From: an uncultured Saprospiraceae bacterium
Lineage (GTDB): Bacteria; Bacteroidota; Bacteroidia; Chitinophagales; Saprospiraceae
Assembly: GCA_964594045.1 (NCBI GenBank)
Contig: CAZQKR010000004.1
Location: 69,203 to 133,202, forward strand
Direction of reading: 5' to 3'
DNA: 64,000 nucleotides
In this document: positions 46,667 through 56,567 of the stretch, one piece after another
Layout of the letters: every line of letters starts with the position of its first letter
Numbering within the stretch: the first letter of the stretch is position 1
The notes under the pieces: generated by a model
Databases searched by the model: none
Seen by the model: only the letters and a program-made list of their open reading frames with translations
What the model was told of the DNA's origin: nothing
Position numbers and translations under genes: made by a program

Positions 46667-49618
46667 TTACAATGCAATTGCCTTTATTGTCATTTCATAG
46701 CCATTGCTGAAGCTCAAGTTTATGAAAACCAATCCTTTAAGCCCGGAAACAGCGACCAATTCAGACAGATCAATCATTCCATTATGCCGGGAAATGATAT
46801 TTTCCATTGAACTCATTTGTTGTCCAAGCGCGTTCAATAATGTGATCCTTCTTAAAGATCCAGGTTCGGAGATTTTAAGAGAAGTGTTTTCAAAAAACGG
46901 ATTAGGGATCAGTTTGATCTCTGAGTTATCCAAAGCGGAATTAAATGTCGAACTGCCACAATCTGTTTTGAATACCAATGGATCAGAAAAATCACCTTCC
47001 GTTTCAAGGCACAAGGCACTTAGTTCAAATAAATGATCAGTACATTCTTCCAGGCTATCCAGCAACACTTCATTTTCATACGTCAGGCCGTATTTCCATT
47101 CCGCGGCTTCTGCTTTTTTATATCTGAACAGGTATTGCTGGGCATCTTCAACCGGTAACCAGATGATACTGGCCTTTTCCTGGTCAATAAAAACAGTGTC
47201 TATTGCAAAATTACCATTCAGGCAATCTGACCGGGCATGCAAAGCAACACAATAATCTTCGGTTTCACCAAATGGTACATCCAGACATGGATCGGTCGTA
47301 TTATTGTAGAGCAATTTCACCCGTATCGTCGTGGTCCTGTCGGTGATGTTTTTGGGAATAGTGATCTCGCCCTCCACTTTTTCACCCGAACCTGAGACCA
47401 GGTCCAGCATCAATTCTTCTTCTGTCAATGAACCGTCGCCATCCAGGTCCAGGAACACCTTTATATATTCCTTGTATATGGTGCTGGAGATAAACCCCGG
47501 CCGGACTCCTATAGTGTACTTTTTACCCGACTCAAAAGTGTACGCGATCACATCATTGAAAATTTCATGACCTTTTGTGCCGCGACCTGAAGCATTGACA
47601 AAATCTCCGATAAAAAATGTATCAATAAATTCAAAACTGTTGCTTCCTCCAAAACTGCACAGGGAATTGAATTCACAATCCCCGCATTCACCCCTCATCA
47701 GGAATACCGGTGAAAAAACAGTTTCCTCCTCATTTTTGCAAATGGTTTTATACCTGAAATAATACAGGGAACAGGTATCCAAAACCCCAAGACTGAATTC
47801 CGGTTCATTGAGCAGGGCAGTTTCCCAGTTCTTGTCACCAAACTTTTTATATTCAAGGACATATTGTTCTGCTGCAATCACATCGTCTAAGACCAGAGAA
47901 TACGTGTTGTCTGACACTTCGGTTACATAGGAGGCCGGAAGGACACAACAGCCATCTGTGGTAAATGTAAATTCAAAGCTAAAAACTGAAGTTGTATCTA
48001 CACAATTAGACCGCATCTTGATTTTGTAGCTCGTACAATAGGAAAGGGTGTCGAAGATCAATTGATTCTGCACATTGAAAATTGTATCCCAATCAGTGGC
48101 ATCTGCTTGTTTGAAAAGGACATCAAAAGATTGCTGGGATTCGCTTTTTTCCCAGCTCAAAACTGCAGTATTCCCGCCAATGGAGTCTGTTTGAACCGAA
48201 AAGGGAAATGCACATCCGCTGCAAAGATTCTGCAGCATGGCGATCGGATTCATCGCGTTCAATCTGCCTCCGGTCACTGTTTTATCCTTGAGGCTTTCAT
48301 TGGGAACGACTCCGTTCATTATCAGGTCTTTGACGAAAAGCGCTGCTGCAGGCGGATTTTCCAACGCCAGATCCGACAACAGGTCACAATTCAGGCTGTA
48401 AAGCAAGGCAACCACGCCGGTTACATGAGGTGTCGCCCCCGATGTCCCGCCAAAAGCAGTGTATGAATTGTTATTCGTCGTGGTGTAAGTACCTTGGCCA
48501 TAAGAACCCAGGTCAATGGATTCCAGACCAAAACCTGCCTGATTGACCTTGGTGTCTGCGCGGCTGAGATTGGTAACGGTCAGTAAATAGTCGCTGGGAC
48601 AGGAAGTTGGCATATCGCCCTGCAGATCCACATTGACATTGGTGTTGGCAGTTGCCCCGCAATTGAGGATCCCGACAGAGCCCAGTGTATCGTAAAATGC
48701 GCACCAGATGGGTGCATCCTCCCAGTTCAGGTAATCTGTTCCCCATGATGCATTGGTCGCAACCACAAATGCACCTTTTTCCCCTGCTGTTTCGTTGTAA
48801 AGTTTTCTCATTTTGTAAGGGTATGCATACGACTCAAGCGCCTGGGATTCTGAACCGCCACCGCGGATGATCATCAGTTTGACATTCCAGTTGACTCCGC
48901 TCACGCCAATGCCGTTATTGCCTTTTGCACCAACTATACCTGCAACCGCCGTTCCGTGGGAGTTATTGTTGAAAATATTGTCGTCCAGTGTGTATACACT
49001 CCATCCGTAGTAGTCATCAGCGTAGCCGTTTTCATCATCGTCGATACCGTTTCCGGGAATTTCCCTGTAGTTCACCCACAGATTATCTCCGAAATCTTCA
49101 TGGGATCCATCCATACCGCTGTCGATGATGCAGACAACTATGGTATCTCCATTGTTTGTCGATCCTCCTGTTGTGACCTCCCATGCCAGCTCCATATCCA
49201 GGTCAGCACCTTCTTTTCCTCCCTCAGATCCGTCATTGATGTATTGCCATTGGAGGTTGAACCTCGGGTCATCAGGGATCACTCTTTCGCTGATAAAATG
49301 GTCAAATTGTGCCAGTTTTACGTCCCTGTGGCCTCTGATCTCGGTCAGTAACCTGCTTTCATCCACCAGTTCCGGATCGAAATGAATGGCATGCACTGTC
49401 AACGGAGCAGTCGGAAGCTGATGTATTTTAAATGCCGCATTTTTAACAGAGAAAACAGGCAAATCCCGGGTCAATGATCCGATCTCCTGACCTTCGTCCA
49501 TCACTACGAGGATTTTTCCCGGTATATGCTTCGCTTTCTGACCTATGAGCGTGACCGAAAAAACCACATGAAAGATGAACATTATGGAAAATATATGAAA
49601 AAGTTTTTTGCCCGACAT
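46667..49618 (-). CDS. S8-family subtilisin-like serine peptidase with type-A T9SS C-terminal sorting domain
   Basis: Catalytic triad contexts VCIIDSGMD (Asp), NSHGTAVAGIVGA (His), GTSGATPHVTGVVALL (Ser). Signal peptide. C-terminal about 80-aa beta-sandwich (IKLIPNPFFENTSLKI...ITLLNALGQQM...) typical of the T9SS CTD. 983 aa. Confidence 0.9.
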   Translation of the reverse strand: MSGKKLFHIFSIMFIFHVVFSVTLIGQKAKHIPGKILVVMDEGQEIGSLTRDLPVFSVKNAAFKIHQLPTAPLTVHAIHFDPELVDESRLLTEIRGHRDVKLAQFDHFISERVIPDDPRFNLQWQYINDGSEGGKEGADLDMELAWEVTTGGSTNNGDTIVVCIIDSGMDGSHEDFGDNLWVNYREIPGNGIDDDENGYADDYYGWSVYTLDDNIFNNNSHGTAVAGIVGAKGNNGIGVSGVNWNVKLMIIRGGGSESQALESYAYPYKMRKLYNETAGEKGAFVVATNASWGTDYLNWEDAPIWCAFYDTLGSVGILNCGATANTNVNVDLQGDMPTSCPSDYLLTVTNLSRADTKVNQAGFGLESIDLGSYGQGTYTTTNNNSYTAFGGTSGATPHVTGVVALLYSLNCDLLSDLALENPPAAALFVKDLIMNGVVPNESLKDKTVTGGRLNAMNPIAMLQNLCSGCAFPFSVQTDSIGGNTAVLSWEKSESQQSFDVLFKQADATDWDTIFNVQNQLIFDTLSYCTSYKIKMRSNCVDTTSVFSFEFTFTTDGCCVLPASYVTEVSDNTYSLVLDDVIAAEQYVLEYKKFGDKNWETALLNEPEFSLGVLDTCSLYYFRYKTICKNEEETVFSPVFLMRGECGDCEFNSLCSFGGSNSFEFIDTFFIGDFVNASGRGTKGHEIFNDVIAYTFESGKKYTIGVRPGFISSTIYKEYIKVFLDLDGDGSLTEEELMLDLVSGSGEKVEGEITIPKNITDRTTTIRVKLLYNNTTDPCLDVPFGETEDYCVALHARSDCLNGNFAIDTVFIDQEKASIIWLPVEDAQQYLFRYKKAEAAEWKYGLTYENEVLLDSLEECTDHLFELSALCLETEGDFSDPLVFKTDCGSSTFNSALDNSEIKLIPNPFFENTSLKISEPGSLRRITLLNALGQQMSSMENIISRHNGMIDLSELVAVSGLKGLVFINLSFSNGYEMTIKAIAL

Positions 49619-49865
49619 ATTTAAAACATTTATAATATCAGTTGTGCAGTAATTTTATACAATAATATTGGAAAATAAGCATTGTTAAAAGAATTTCTTG
49701 TCTTAATATGGTTTTTTTTCAAAGCCGGACAGTATCCGGATCAAAATCGGGAAAAATTTGGAAGGTAACATTTTTTTTGGCGACCTTTATTCCATATTTT
49801 ATTTTGTGACATTGGGCGCGCTTTTGTCGGTAGCCGCTTTTTCTTCCGTAACAAGTTGTTTTATC

Positions 49866-50507
49866 ATGCAGATCATCATTGAAACCCAGACTTTTCCTCC
49901 CGTTAGTTTTTTTGCCAGGGCAATTCGGGCAGAGAAAGTGCTTTTGGAATCTCATGAACATTACCAGAAAAGATCGCTGCGCAATAAATGCATCGTGCTG
50001 AGTGCCAACGGGCCGCAGGTCTTGACCATACCGCTGAAGAAAGGGAAAAATGAGCAGATGAAGATCAGCGATGTCAGGATTTCATATGATCAGAACTGGC
50101 CAGGGAAGTTTCAGAAACAGCTGCAGAGCGCATACGGTAAAAGTCCATTTTTCATGCATTATCAGGCAGAACTGTTCCGGATTCTGGGCTCTGGAGTTGA
50201 CAGACTGATGGAGCTGAATGCCCTGTTATTGTCATTTATTGCAACAAAAGCAGGAATTGTTCTTGATCCTGGTCAAACGGAAGATTATCTGGAAAAATAT
50301 TCAGGGAACTATTGTGACTTACGCAATTGTTACACTCTTAAAGGAAGTTCCGTATCGGATCCGGCAGTGCGCTATCCGCAGGTTTTTGAACACAAATTTG
50401 GTTTCGTTCCGGGATTGAGCATGCTTGATCTTTTATTCAATATGGGGAATGAATCTTTACAAATATTAAAACAATACGATTTTCAAGAAACAGGCTTATG
50501 CAGGTAA
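49866..50507 (+). CDS. WbqC-like family protein (uncharacterised family found in polysaccharide gene clusters)
   Basis: Start at the internal Met MQIIIETQTFPPVSFF. The sequence (SHEHYQKRSLRNKCIVLSANGPQVLTIPLKKGKN...KISDVRISYDQNWPGKFQKQLQSAYGKSPFF) resembles what I recall of WbqC-like proteins. The 3' end overlaps the next gene by 10 nt. Confidence 0.6.
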   Translation: MQIIIETQTFPPVSFFARAIRAEKVLLESHEHYQKRSLRNKCIVLSANGPQVLTIPLKKGKNEQMKISDVRISYDQNWPGKFQKQLQSAYGKSPFFMHYQAELFRILGSGVDRLMELNALLLSFIATKAGIVLDPGQTEDYLEKYSGNYCDLRNCYTLKGSSVSDPAVRYPQVFEHKFGFVPGLSMLDLLFNMGNESLQILKQYDFQETGLCR

Positions 50508-52225
50508 CGAATGAAATTTATAATGAGATCCGGCTGGATGTGGGCAAACACGGCAAAACGCTTCAGGGTCTGCTGGATTACGTACATTTTGAGGCTCAGA
50601 AAGAGACACTCAGCAGTGTACTGAGAAGGCTTGAAGAACCGTTCACCTTTGTGATCGTCGGTGAGGTAAAGTCGGGTAAAAGCTCTTTTATCAACGCTCT
50701 GCTTGCCCCGGGCAAAGAGATCTGCCGGGTTGCACCTTCACCCATGACGGATACCATTCAGCAGATCGTCTACGGTGAGAAGGAACACGAGGAATTCATT
50801 TCTGCATTTCTGAAAAAAATATATCAGCCCATAGACATACTGAGGGAGATCGCCATTGTGGATACACCCGGAACCAATACGATCATTGAACATCATCAGG
50901 AGATCACGGAAAGGTTTGTTCCCATGAGCGACCTGATCATTTTTGTTTTTGAAGCCAAAAATCCATACAGGATGTCGGCCTGGGATTTCTTTGATTTTAT
51001 CCGTGATGACTGGCGCAAAAAAGTCATTTTTGTCCTTCAGCAAAAGGATCTCATGAATGAAAAAGACCTGGAGATCAATCTGGACGGTGTCCGGCAAAAT
51101 GCGATCAGGAAAGGCATTCCTGAACCTGAAATATTTGCCGTTTCTGCCTTGCAGGAAATCGAAGGAAAAACGGAGCTAAGCGGTTATATCCCTCTGAGAG
51201 CATACATACAGAAGAACGTTACAGGTGGGAAAGCACCCTTCAGGAAACTGATCATCAGTGTGGAAACACTCATGAATATCAACGAGAAACTGGATAAGGA
51301 GATGGATGTCAGAAGGTTGCAACTGGATGCTGATAAGCTGTTCAGGGAAGATATCCAACTGACGCTGGATCAGCAGGAGAAACAGACGAATGAGCAGGTA
51401 GGTCTTTTGATCGAAAATGTGGTTTCCCGTTTTGACAGGATCACCTCGAAATACCATGAAATGCTGGATGACAGGCTGGCATTTGTGAATGTGTTCAAAA
51501 AGACCATACAGTCGATCTTCAACAAAAAGGACAGCCTGAAGTTCTGGCTGGAACAGACGATGATCGGTATGGAAAGTGAATTGAGGGACGGAATGAGTTA
51601 TAAGCTCAGTGAAGGTGTCAAAAATATCTCGGAAAATATCCAGTTCATGGTCAAAACCGTTGATACGAAGTTGCAGAAGAATGCTTCGATCCTCACATCC
51701 AACCAGGACATTTTCAGGGAACTTGCAGACCGGAGGGCCAGTATTTTTGAAGAGCTGCAGGAGGCGTTCGCTGATTTTCTGAGGAAGGAAGAAAATTTTT
51801 ACGACAAGGAACTGGTTGGAACAGACAGGAGTTTTGCCCCGGATTTTGCCGCAGGCAGCGGAATTGCAGCGATCGGGATCATCCTGACGGCTTTGACCCA
51901 GGGTGCCATTTTTGACATCACCGGAGGTATTTTGACGACCCTGGGATTTGTTTTTGCAGGTGTGAGCATCGGGATCAAGCGAAAAAGGATCATGCAGAGT
52001 TTTCAACAGGCGATCAGTGAGTCCAGGCAGAAACTGCAGATTCACATCGACGATAAACTTCATCTTTACATCGCAGGTGTAAAAGCCAGGATCCTGCGCA
52101 ATTTCCTGGAGTTTGACAATTACCTGCTCAGGGAAACTGAAGATATCCGGAGTATTGGGGAAAGGCAGAAAAATATCGGTGATCAATTCTCCCGTATCCA
52201 TCAAAAGTTGTCAGGTCTGGTCTGA
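50498..52225 (+). CDS. Bacterial dynamin-like GTPase (dynamin-family protein) with C-terminal hydrophobic paddle
   Basis: G1 P-loop GEVKSGKSSFINALL. G2/G3 region DTPGTN. G4-like QQKD. Long helical stalk. C-terminal hydrophobic segment AAGSGIAAIGIILTALTQGAIFDITGGILTTLGFVFAGVSIG. Confidence 0.8.
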   Translation: MQVTNEIYNEIRLDVGKHGKTLQGLLDYVHFEAQKETLSSVLRRLEEPFTFVIVGEVKSGKSSFINALLAPGKEICRVAPSPMTDTIQQIVYGEKEHEEFISAFLKKIYQPIDILREIAIVDTPGTNTIIEHHQEITERFVPMSDLIIFVFEAKNPYRMSAWDFFDFIRDDWRKKVIFVLQQKDLMNEKDLEINLDGVRQNAIRKGIPEPEIFAVSALQEIEGKTELSGYIPLRAYIQKNVTGGKAPFRKLIISVETLMNINEKLDKEMDVRRLQLDADKLFREDIQLTLDQQEKQTNEQVGLLIENVVSRFDRITSKYHEMLDDRLAFVNVFKKTIQSIFNKKDSLKFWLEQTMIGMESELRDGMSYKLSEGVKNISENIQFMVKTVDTKLQKNASILTSNQDIFRELADRRASIFEELQEAFADFLRKEENFYDKELVGTDRSFAPDFAAGSGIAAIGIILTALTQGAIFDITGGILTTLGFVFAGVSIGIKRKRIMQSFQQAISESRQKLQIHIDDKLHLYIAGVKARILRNFLEFDNYLLRETEDIRSIGERQKNIGDQFSRIHQKLSGLV

Positions 52226-52481
52226 TCTCTTAAAGGAATGTTAAAATGCGGGGAACAGACCAACGCATTTTACCGGGTCAGCGTCTTAAGGGGAAATCAT
52301 AAAAAAGATCATTATGAAATTTTGGTTTTTTAGTGAGAGGTGTTTAGTCATTTAGTCTGATAACTTATGGGCTAATTGTGATCATCTTATTTTACCTCAG
52401 ATGAATTTAGAAAAGGATGGTCTTCCAGCTAACAGGCAAAAATTCTGACAGGCTGAACGACCGATCAAAAAAAATACATAT

Positions 52482-53681
52482 ATGAAAAAATTATCTATCG
52501 CATTCCTGAGCCTTTTCCTGTTCTCCTGCAATCTGATCGATCCACCGGCAGATGTCCATCCGGATGAGATCAAAGACGTGGCAGAAATGAACCAGTCTTT
52601 TGCATGGGATATTTTTCAGCAGGAAATGGATGCTGAACGAACCAAAAATGTTTTGATCTCCCCGCTCAGTATTCAGACTGCACTTTCCATGGCGATCAAT
52701 GGAGCCGGCGGAATGACCCTTGACGAAATGCAGGATGTCTTGCATTGCAGTAACTGTGACGTCTCCGCGCTGAACATGCAGCACCAGAAACTGCTGCTCA
52801 GTCTTACCAGGCAAAGCGGTCACCCTGAGATCAGCATTGCCAACGCTTATTTTTATGACCCCGACCGGATGAATTTGAAAGGATCTTATGAAAAGGTGCT
52901 GAGCGATTATTATGACTGCGTCTTCAAAAAAGACGATTTTGATCAGGAAGAAAAAGCGCTGGCCAATATCAACAACTGGGTTGCAGATGCCACAAAACAA
53001 AAAATAGACAAGATACTGGACGAGATCGGACCGCTGGATGTGGCTTTCCTCATCAATGCGCTGTATTTCAAGTCTGACTGGGCCACAGGTTTTGCACCCG
53101 AACTCAGCCATGAAGCATCGTTTACCCTGGAAAACGGATCAACCATTCCGGTGATGTACGTCAGCGGAGACAGAGATATACACCATGCGAAAACGACTGA
53201 CTTTAAGATCGTGGATATACCTTTCAGGGATTCTACCTACAGTCTGAGCCTGATCCAGACTGCAGGGAACGGATCATGGAATTCGCTCAACAGGGAAACT
53301 TACGACCGTTTGCTGGAAAAACTCAGTTACAATCGACTTTTCCTGACTTTTCCACGTTTGAAGCTCAGCTATGAAAATGACCTGATCGCTTCGCTCAAAT
53401 TATTGGGAATGCATGCAGCTTTTGATGGCGGCAAGGCCGATTTTAAAGCCATGGGAACATCTTCCGATAATATTTACATCAGCCAGATCAAACATAAAGC
53501 GGTGCTGGAAGTGGATGAAAAAGGTGCAGAAGGAGCAGCGGTGACTTCTATTGGATTTTCCAACACCTCTATGCCGGAAAGCATGCTTTTCAATAAACCC
53601 TTTGTGTTGGTGCTCAGACATATAGAGACCAATGCCATTTTGTTCATGGGCTATGTCAGAAACCCGAAACTGACAGAATAA
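52482..53681 (+). CDS. Serpin-family serine-protease inhibitor, lipoprotein-anchored
   Basis: Lipoprotein signal (LSLFLFSCNL). Serpin core: VLISPLSIQTALSMAINGAGGMT, LINALYFKSDW. Reactive-centre-loop hinge GAEGAAVTSIGF. C-terminal NKPFVLVLRHIETNAILFMGYVRNP. Confidence 0.85.
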   Translation: MKKLSIAFLSLFLFSCNLIDPPADVHPDEIKDVAEMNQSFAWDIFQQEMDAERTKNVLISPLSIQTALSMAINGAGGMTLDEMQDVLHCSNCDVSALNMQHQKLLLSLTRQSGHPEISIANAYFYDPDRMNLKGSYEKVLSDYYDCVFKKDDFDQEEKALANINNWVADATKQKIDKILDEIGPLDVAFLINALYFKSDWATGFAPELSHEASFTLENGSTIPVMYVSGDRDIHHAKTTDFKIVDIPFRDSTYSLSLIQTAGNGSWNSLNRETYDRLLEKLSYNRLFLTFPRLKLSYENDLIASLKLLGMHAAFDGGKADFKAMGTSSDNIYISQIKHKAVLEVDEKGAEGAAVTSIGFSNTSMPESMLFNKPFVLVLRHIETNAILFMGYVRNPKLTE

Positions 53682-53767
53682 AAAACCGGGCAGCATGCCT
53701 GGTGAATGATGTTCAGGAGTGTTGGAAATACGATGATGATGCAGCGGATTCGTTTGCAAATTTTTTT

Positions 53768-54337
53768 TCAGTTTTCGATCACTATATCGTATTTGTCCAG
53801 TAATCCACTTAAACCAAAAGGGGAAAACCTGGCTTTTTTGATGCGATTTGATTCCGGATCGATCGAAAAATTCATTGCAGTTATTAAGTCCGCTTTTTCA
53901 AGATTGGTCTGATCAAACATGGCTCCCTTGAGATCACAATGGTCGAAAACACAAGAACTGAGATCGCATTCAGCAAGATCGGCCTCAAACAGGGAGCAAT
54001 TTTTGAAGCTGGTTTTTTTGATCTTAGTGCCATAGAAGGAAGCGTGATTGAGAATACAGTTTTCAAATGTAAATTCCATCCCGAACTCATTGCATTCATC
54101 AAAAGGTAGGCCGAGCATTTTGCATCCCGTAAAACGCACGTTTCTGAATGACGTTTTGGTCAAAACAGCAAGACTTAAATCGCAATCCGAAAATTCACAA
54201 TCGATAAATTTACAATGTGTAAGATCTGCTTTTGAAAGTGAACACTGCCTGAACTGACAATTTTCATAAGTCGCTTTTTGGATGAAATTTTCAATTTCTG
54301 AACTTTGAAAAATCTGATCGCTGAAAAATGCTTCCAT
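53768..54337 (-). CDS. Pentapeptide-repeat protein
   Basis: Start at the internal Met (MEAFFSDQIF). Continuous A(D/N)LxF-type pentapeptide repeats: FRQCSLSKADLTHCKFIDCEFSDCDLSLAVLTKTSFRNVRFTGCKM..., FSDQIFQSSEIENFIQ. Confidence 0.8.
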   Translation of the reverse strand: MEAFFSDQIFQSSEIENFIQKATYENCQFRQCSLSKADLTHCKFIDCEFSDCDLSLAVLTKTSFRNVRFTGCKMLGLPFDECNEFGMEFTFENCILNHASFYGTKIKKTSFKNCSLFEADLAECDLSSCVFDHCDLKGAMFDQTNLEKADLITAMNFSIDPESNRIKKARFSPFGLSGLLDKYDIVIEN

Positions 54338-54439
54338 GTTTAGAAAAAGTTTATTCAATAAATTTGATAATATCAGTAAATAATTCCTTTGATTTTGATG
54401 TGCAATTTGCATAAACAGTTCAGGAAATTGCGACCATCA

Positions 54440-54590
54440 AAAGCACATTGAACTTGGTGCGTCATTGCGGACCTGTCATGATCGAGCAAAGCAAGCATCA
54501 GGGCCTGTCCTGACCAGTCCCTACCAGTACATCTACGTAGTGATCGAGTAAAGCGAGCGTCAGGAACCATCCGCAATCCCGTAGTCTGAA
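54440..54590. repeat. Short interspersed repeat cluster (GATCGAGYAAAGCRAGC-containing), two imperfect direct copies
   Basis: TGATCGAGCAAAGCAAGCATCAGG (54488-54511) and TGATCGAGTAAAGCGAGCGTCAGG (54538-54561). The 16-mer TCGCTTTACTCGATCA recurs in reverse orientation at about 63543-63560. Confidence 0.4.
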
Positions 54591-54769
54591 CCAAATGTCA
54601 TTTCTGCCAACATACAGAATCTGTCAATCATGACTGAATTTTCCAGAATTCTCTACAGATCAGAATCCGAAAAGTTTTGATACCCGCATCATTCAACATC
54701 TATCTGCAATTTTAAAGTTAAGATTTTTGTTGATAATTAATTGCAATTACCTAATTTTACAAGAAAACG

Positions 54770-56350
54770 ATGAAAAAATTTTTGCTGACTTTTCTGTTGC
54801 CCACCCTGTTCATCTTGTCTTCATTTGCCCAAACGGCTCAATTTGCTACAGGTATAGTCTATCATGACCTCAACAGAAACGGAGTCAGGGACAAAAAGGA
54901 ACCCGGTATCCCCAACGTGGCTGTTTCCAACGGGAAAGACGTTGTGCTGACCGACTCAAAAGGTGCCTATCGGATCGAAACCGGTGATGATACAGCCATT
55001 TTTGTGATCAAACCGGGCAATTACCAATATCCTCTGGATGAGCGGAATTTTCCGGAATTTTATTACATCCATAAACCCAATGGATCACCCCAATTGAAAT
55101 ACACCGGTGTTCAACCCACTGGTGCGTTGCCCGCAACACTTGATTTTGCCCTGGTGGCTGGCAGTGATTCAGACGAATTCAGCATGATCATATTGTCTGA
55201 TCCGCAGCCCTATTCTGAAGATGAAATACAGTATTACCTGCTTTCAGCAGTGGAAGAACTGAAGTCAGTCCAAGGCCATGTTTTTGGCATTACCATGGGT
55301 GATATCGTCGGTGACCGGCTGGATTTTTTTGAGCAGATCAATGTAGCAACCAGCCAAATTGGCTTGCCCTGGTTTCATGTGATCGGCAACCACGATGAGA
55401 ATCTCGATGCGAAAGACAAGCGTTTTGCTGATGAAACTTATGAACGTGTGTATGGTCCGGCGACCTACGCATTCAACCAGGGTAAGGTGCATTTTATCGT
55501 GCTGGATAATATCATTTATCCAAATGATCTGACCAAATCCTGGTACACCGGTGGATTGACGGAAGATCAGTTCAGTTTTATAGAAAACAGCCTCCGGTAT
55601 GTACCTAAGGATCATTTGGTTGTATTATTCATGCATATTCCTTTTTATAATGGTGGTGACCTGGGGGAAAATTTCTATGTTGAACATCGCAACAGGCTCT
55701 TCAGTTTGCTGGCGGACAGGCCGTATAATTTTTCGTTATCCGGTCACATGCATTCCCAGTTGCACTATTTTTTTGATGAAACAACCGGATGGCAACAGGA
55801 AAAGCCACACCATCATTATACAGTTGGCACTACATCGGGTGACTGGTGGTCCGGTGAATTGATGGAGAACGGTGTTCCGGAAGCCACCATGTATGACGGA
55901 ACACCTCAGGGATACAATATTCTGACATTCAAGGGCAATCAGTATACATTTGATTACAAGGTGATCGGAGAACCAGCCGATTTCAGAATGCGCATCTATG
56001 GACCAAAGGTGGTACCGCTTAAAGCGTATTTCAGAGGTGAATTCTATGTCAATTTTTTCCAGGGAGGTAAAAACGATGTAGTGGAGTATAAAGTCAATGA
56101 CGGGGATTGGAAAAAAATGCGCTATGTGATTGACTATGATCCATATATGTGTGCGATCCGCCAAAAATGGGATGCTTCGGAACAACTGCTTTCAGGAAGT
56201 CGCCCTTCCAATCCGGTGATGTGTCACCATCTTTGGAAAGCAAGGGTGCCAACCGATGTTTTACCCGGCGAAAATGTGATCATTGTGCGGGTGAGAGATA
56301 TCCAGGGCAATGAGTTTTTTGAGACATACCAATACAGGGCGGTGGAGTGA
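54770..56350 (+). CDS. Exported calcineurin-like metallophosphoesterase
   Basis: Signal peptide. Metallophos motifs GDIVGD, GNHDEN, and GHMHS (His-rich). 526 aa with an Ig-like C-terminal extension. Confidence 0.8.
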   Translation: MKKFLLTFLLPTLFILSSFAQTAQFATGIVYHDLNRNGVRDKKEPGIPNVAVSNGKDVVLTDSKGAYRIETGDDTAIFVIKPGNYQYPLDERNFPEFYYIHKPNGSPQLKYTGVQPTGALPATLDFALVAGSDSDEFSMIILSDPQPYSEDEIQYYLLSAVEELKSVQGHVFGITMGDIVGDRLDFFEQINVATSQIGLPWFHVIGNHDENLDAKDKRFADETYERVYGPATYAFNQGKVHFIVLDNIIYPNDLTKSWYTGGLTEDQFSFIENSLRYVPKDHLVVLFMHIPFYNGGDLGENFYVEHRNRLFSLLADRPYNFSLSGHMHSQLHYFFDETTGWQQEKPHHHYTVGTTSGDWWSGELMENGVPEATMYDGTPQGYNILTFKGNQYTFDYKVIGEPADFRMRIYGPKVVPLKAYFRGEFYVNFFQGGKNDVVEYKVNDGDWKKMRYVIDYDPYMCAIRQKWDASEQLLSGSRPSNPVMCHHLWKARVPTDVLPGENVIIVRVRDIQGNEFFETYQYRAVE

Positions 56351-56567
56351 AAGAGTAGAAAGTTGAAAGTATAAAGTAGAAATGTTGTAGATGCCTGATT
56401 AATTTTACCCGATTTTAATTCGTTTAAGGCACTTGTGTTTTGATCCAGACTTTATTGATCATGATTTTTTTATTCCTGATCAGATAAGAAATAGAACCTG
56501 ATTATGGAGGAAAAGAGTAAACAGCCCTTGTTTAACTGATATGTGATCTTTCAAGTTTCGCCGGACA

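Noticed and set aside
51176-52204. 342-aa minus-strand ORF entirely inside the dynamin-like GTPase gene
   Set aside because: This is a shadow ORF antisense to a gene with clear P-loop/G-motifs. Its translation is low-complexity with no recognisable domain.
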